Assembly: GCF_004010195.1 (NCBI RefSeq)
Contig: NC_057749.1
Span: forward strand, 24,038,510-24,102,509
DNA: 64,000 nucleotides
Reading direction: 5' to 3'
From: Chiloscyllium plagiosum
Taxonomy: Eukaryota
Position 1 is the first letter of the stretch; each line of letters begins with the position of its first letter. The notes under the pieces are model-generated. The model had not been told where the DNA came from. It saw only the letters and a program-made list of their open reading frames with translations, and ran no database searches. The position numbers and the translations under genes were made by a program. Below, one piece after another: positions 63,229 through 64,000 of the stretch.

Positions 63229-63529
63229 AATTGAATAGTTATCCAGGAGTTCGACTATGTATAGTCATAGAATTTTACAGTGCATTCTACCCATTGTGTT
63301 TGTACAGCCTCCTGAAACAGCTAGCCAGCTTGTCCCGCTGTCTCGCCCTATCTCCGCAGCCCTTTAACTTCATCTCTTTCAAATATATATCCAGCTTTTC
63401 TGTAGCCTCCTCTGGAATTCCCCTCCCCCACTCTCCCAGGCAGCACATTCCAAATCCTAACAACTCTCTGAGCAAAGAAGTTTTTAATCATCTCATTCCT
63501 AGCTCTCTTGCTGACAATCCTGAATTTGT

Positions 63530-64000
63530 GCCCCCCTAGTTACTGACATAGCAACCAGTGGAAACAGAATATCCTTCCTATCCTGTTGCACTTGTTCATA
63601 ATTTTGAACACCTTGATACGGTCACCTCTTAATCTTCTCTGCTCCAAGGAGAATAAGCCCCAACTCACCAATCTTTCCTTGTATCTAAAATCTCCTTTGA
63701 ACTTTAACATCCCTCTTAAATAAGGTGCCCAGAACTGAACACAATCCTCCAAATGTGGTCTGACCAATGATTTGTAGAAGTGTAGCATAAGTACCTTGCT
63801 TTTATACCCTATGCCTCTATTTATAAACCCAAAGATCCTATGAGGCTTATTAACTACTGTTTCAACTTGCCTGGCCAGTTTCAGAGAATAATGCATGTAA
63901 ATCCCAAGGACACTCTAATCCTATACTCCCCTCAAAGTTGTACCATTGAGCGTGGATTGTCTCTCTGTGTTTCTTTTACTAAGCTGCATTACCTCACATT
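63530..64000 (-). mobile_element. CR1 LINE fragment
   Basis: YKSLVRPHLEDCVQFWAP...RRLRGDRIKVFKIM. Confidence 0.88.

Noticed and set aside
54420..64000. A downstream neighbouring gene
   Set aside because: No recognisable exon; the sequence is explained by repeats and spacer, though short exons could be missed by eye.

Overview
Eukaryotic genomic DNA, almost certainly a shark (inferred from HE1-type V-SINEs and their partner CR1 LINEs). The window holds the 3' part of a talin-2 (TLN2) gene on the + strand. Thirteen consecutive GT-AG exons (1395-42639, 613 codons, rod domains R8/R7, R9, R10, R11 and the start of R12) are followed by the terminal exon (52904-53032, dimerisation helix) and a ~1.4 kb 3'UTR. 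Exons for about 340 residues (most of R12 and all of the actin-binding R13) are not in the window and probably fall in a 500-N placeholder gap. The introns are dense with CR1, L1-like, Rex-like, RTEX-like and Penelope-like fragments, SINEs, solo LTRs, a Mutator-like MITE, Tigger-like MITEs and minisatellites. Most notable are (i) short fold-back retroelements with TSDs whose arms each carry a minimal hammerhead-ribozyme core with covarying stem II, and (ii) several short insertions apparently copied from DNA 0.4-1.5 kb away, including an exact 116-bp copy of the TLN2 stop-codon region. Repeat family names come from pattern recognition, not database searches, and repeat boundaries are approximate unless a TSD is given.
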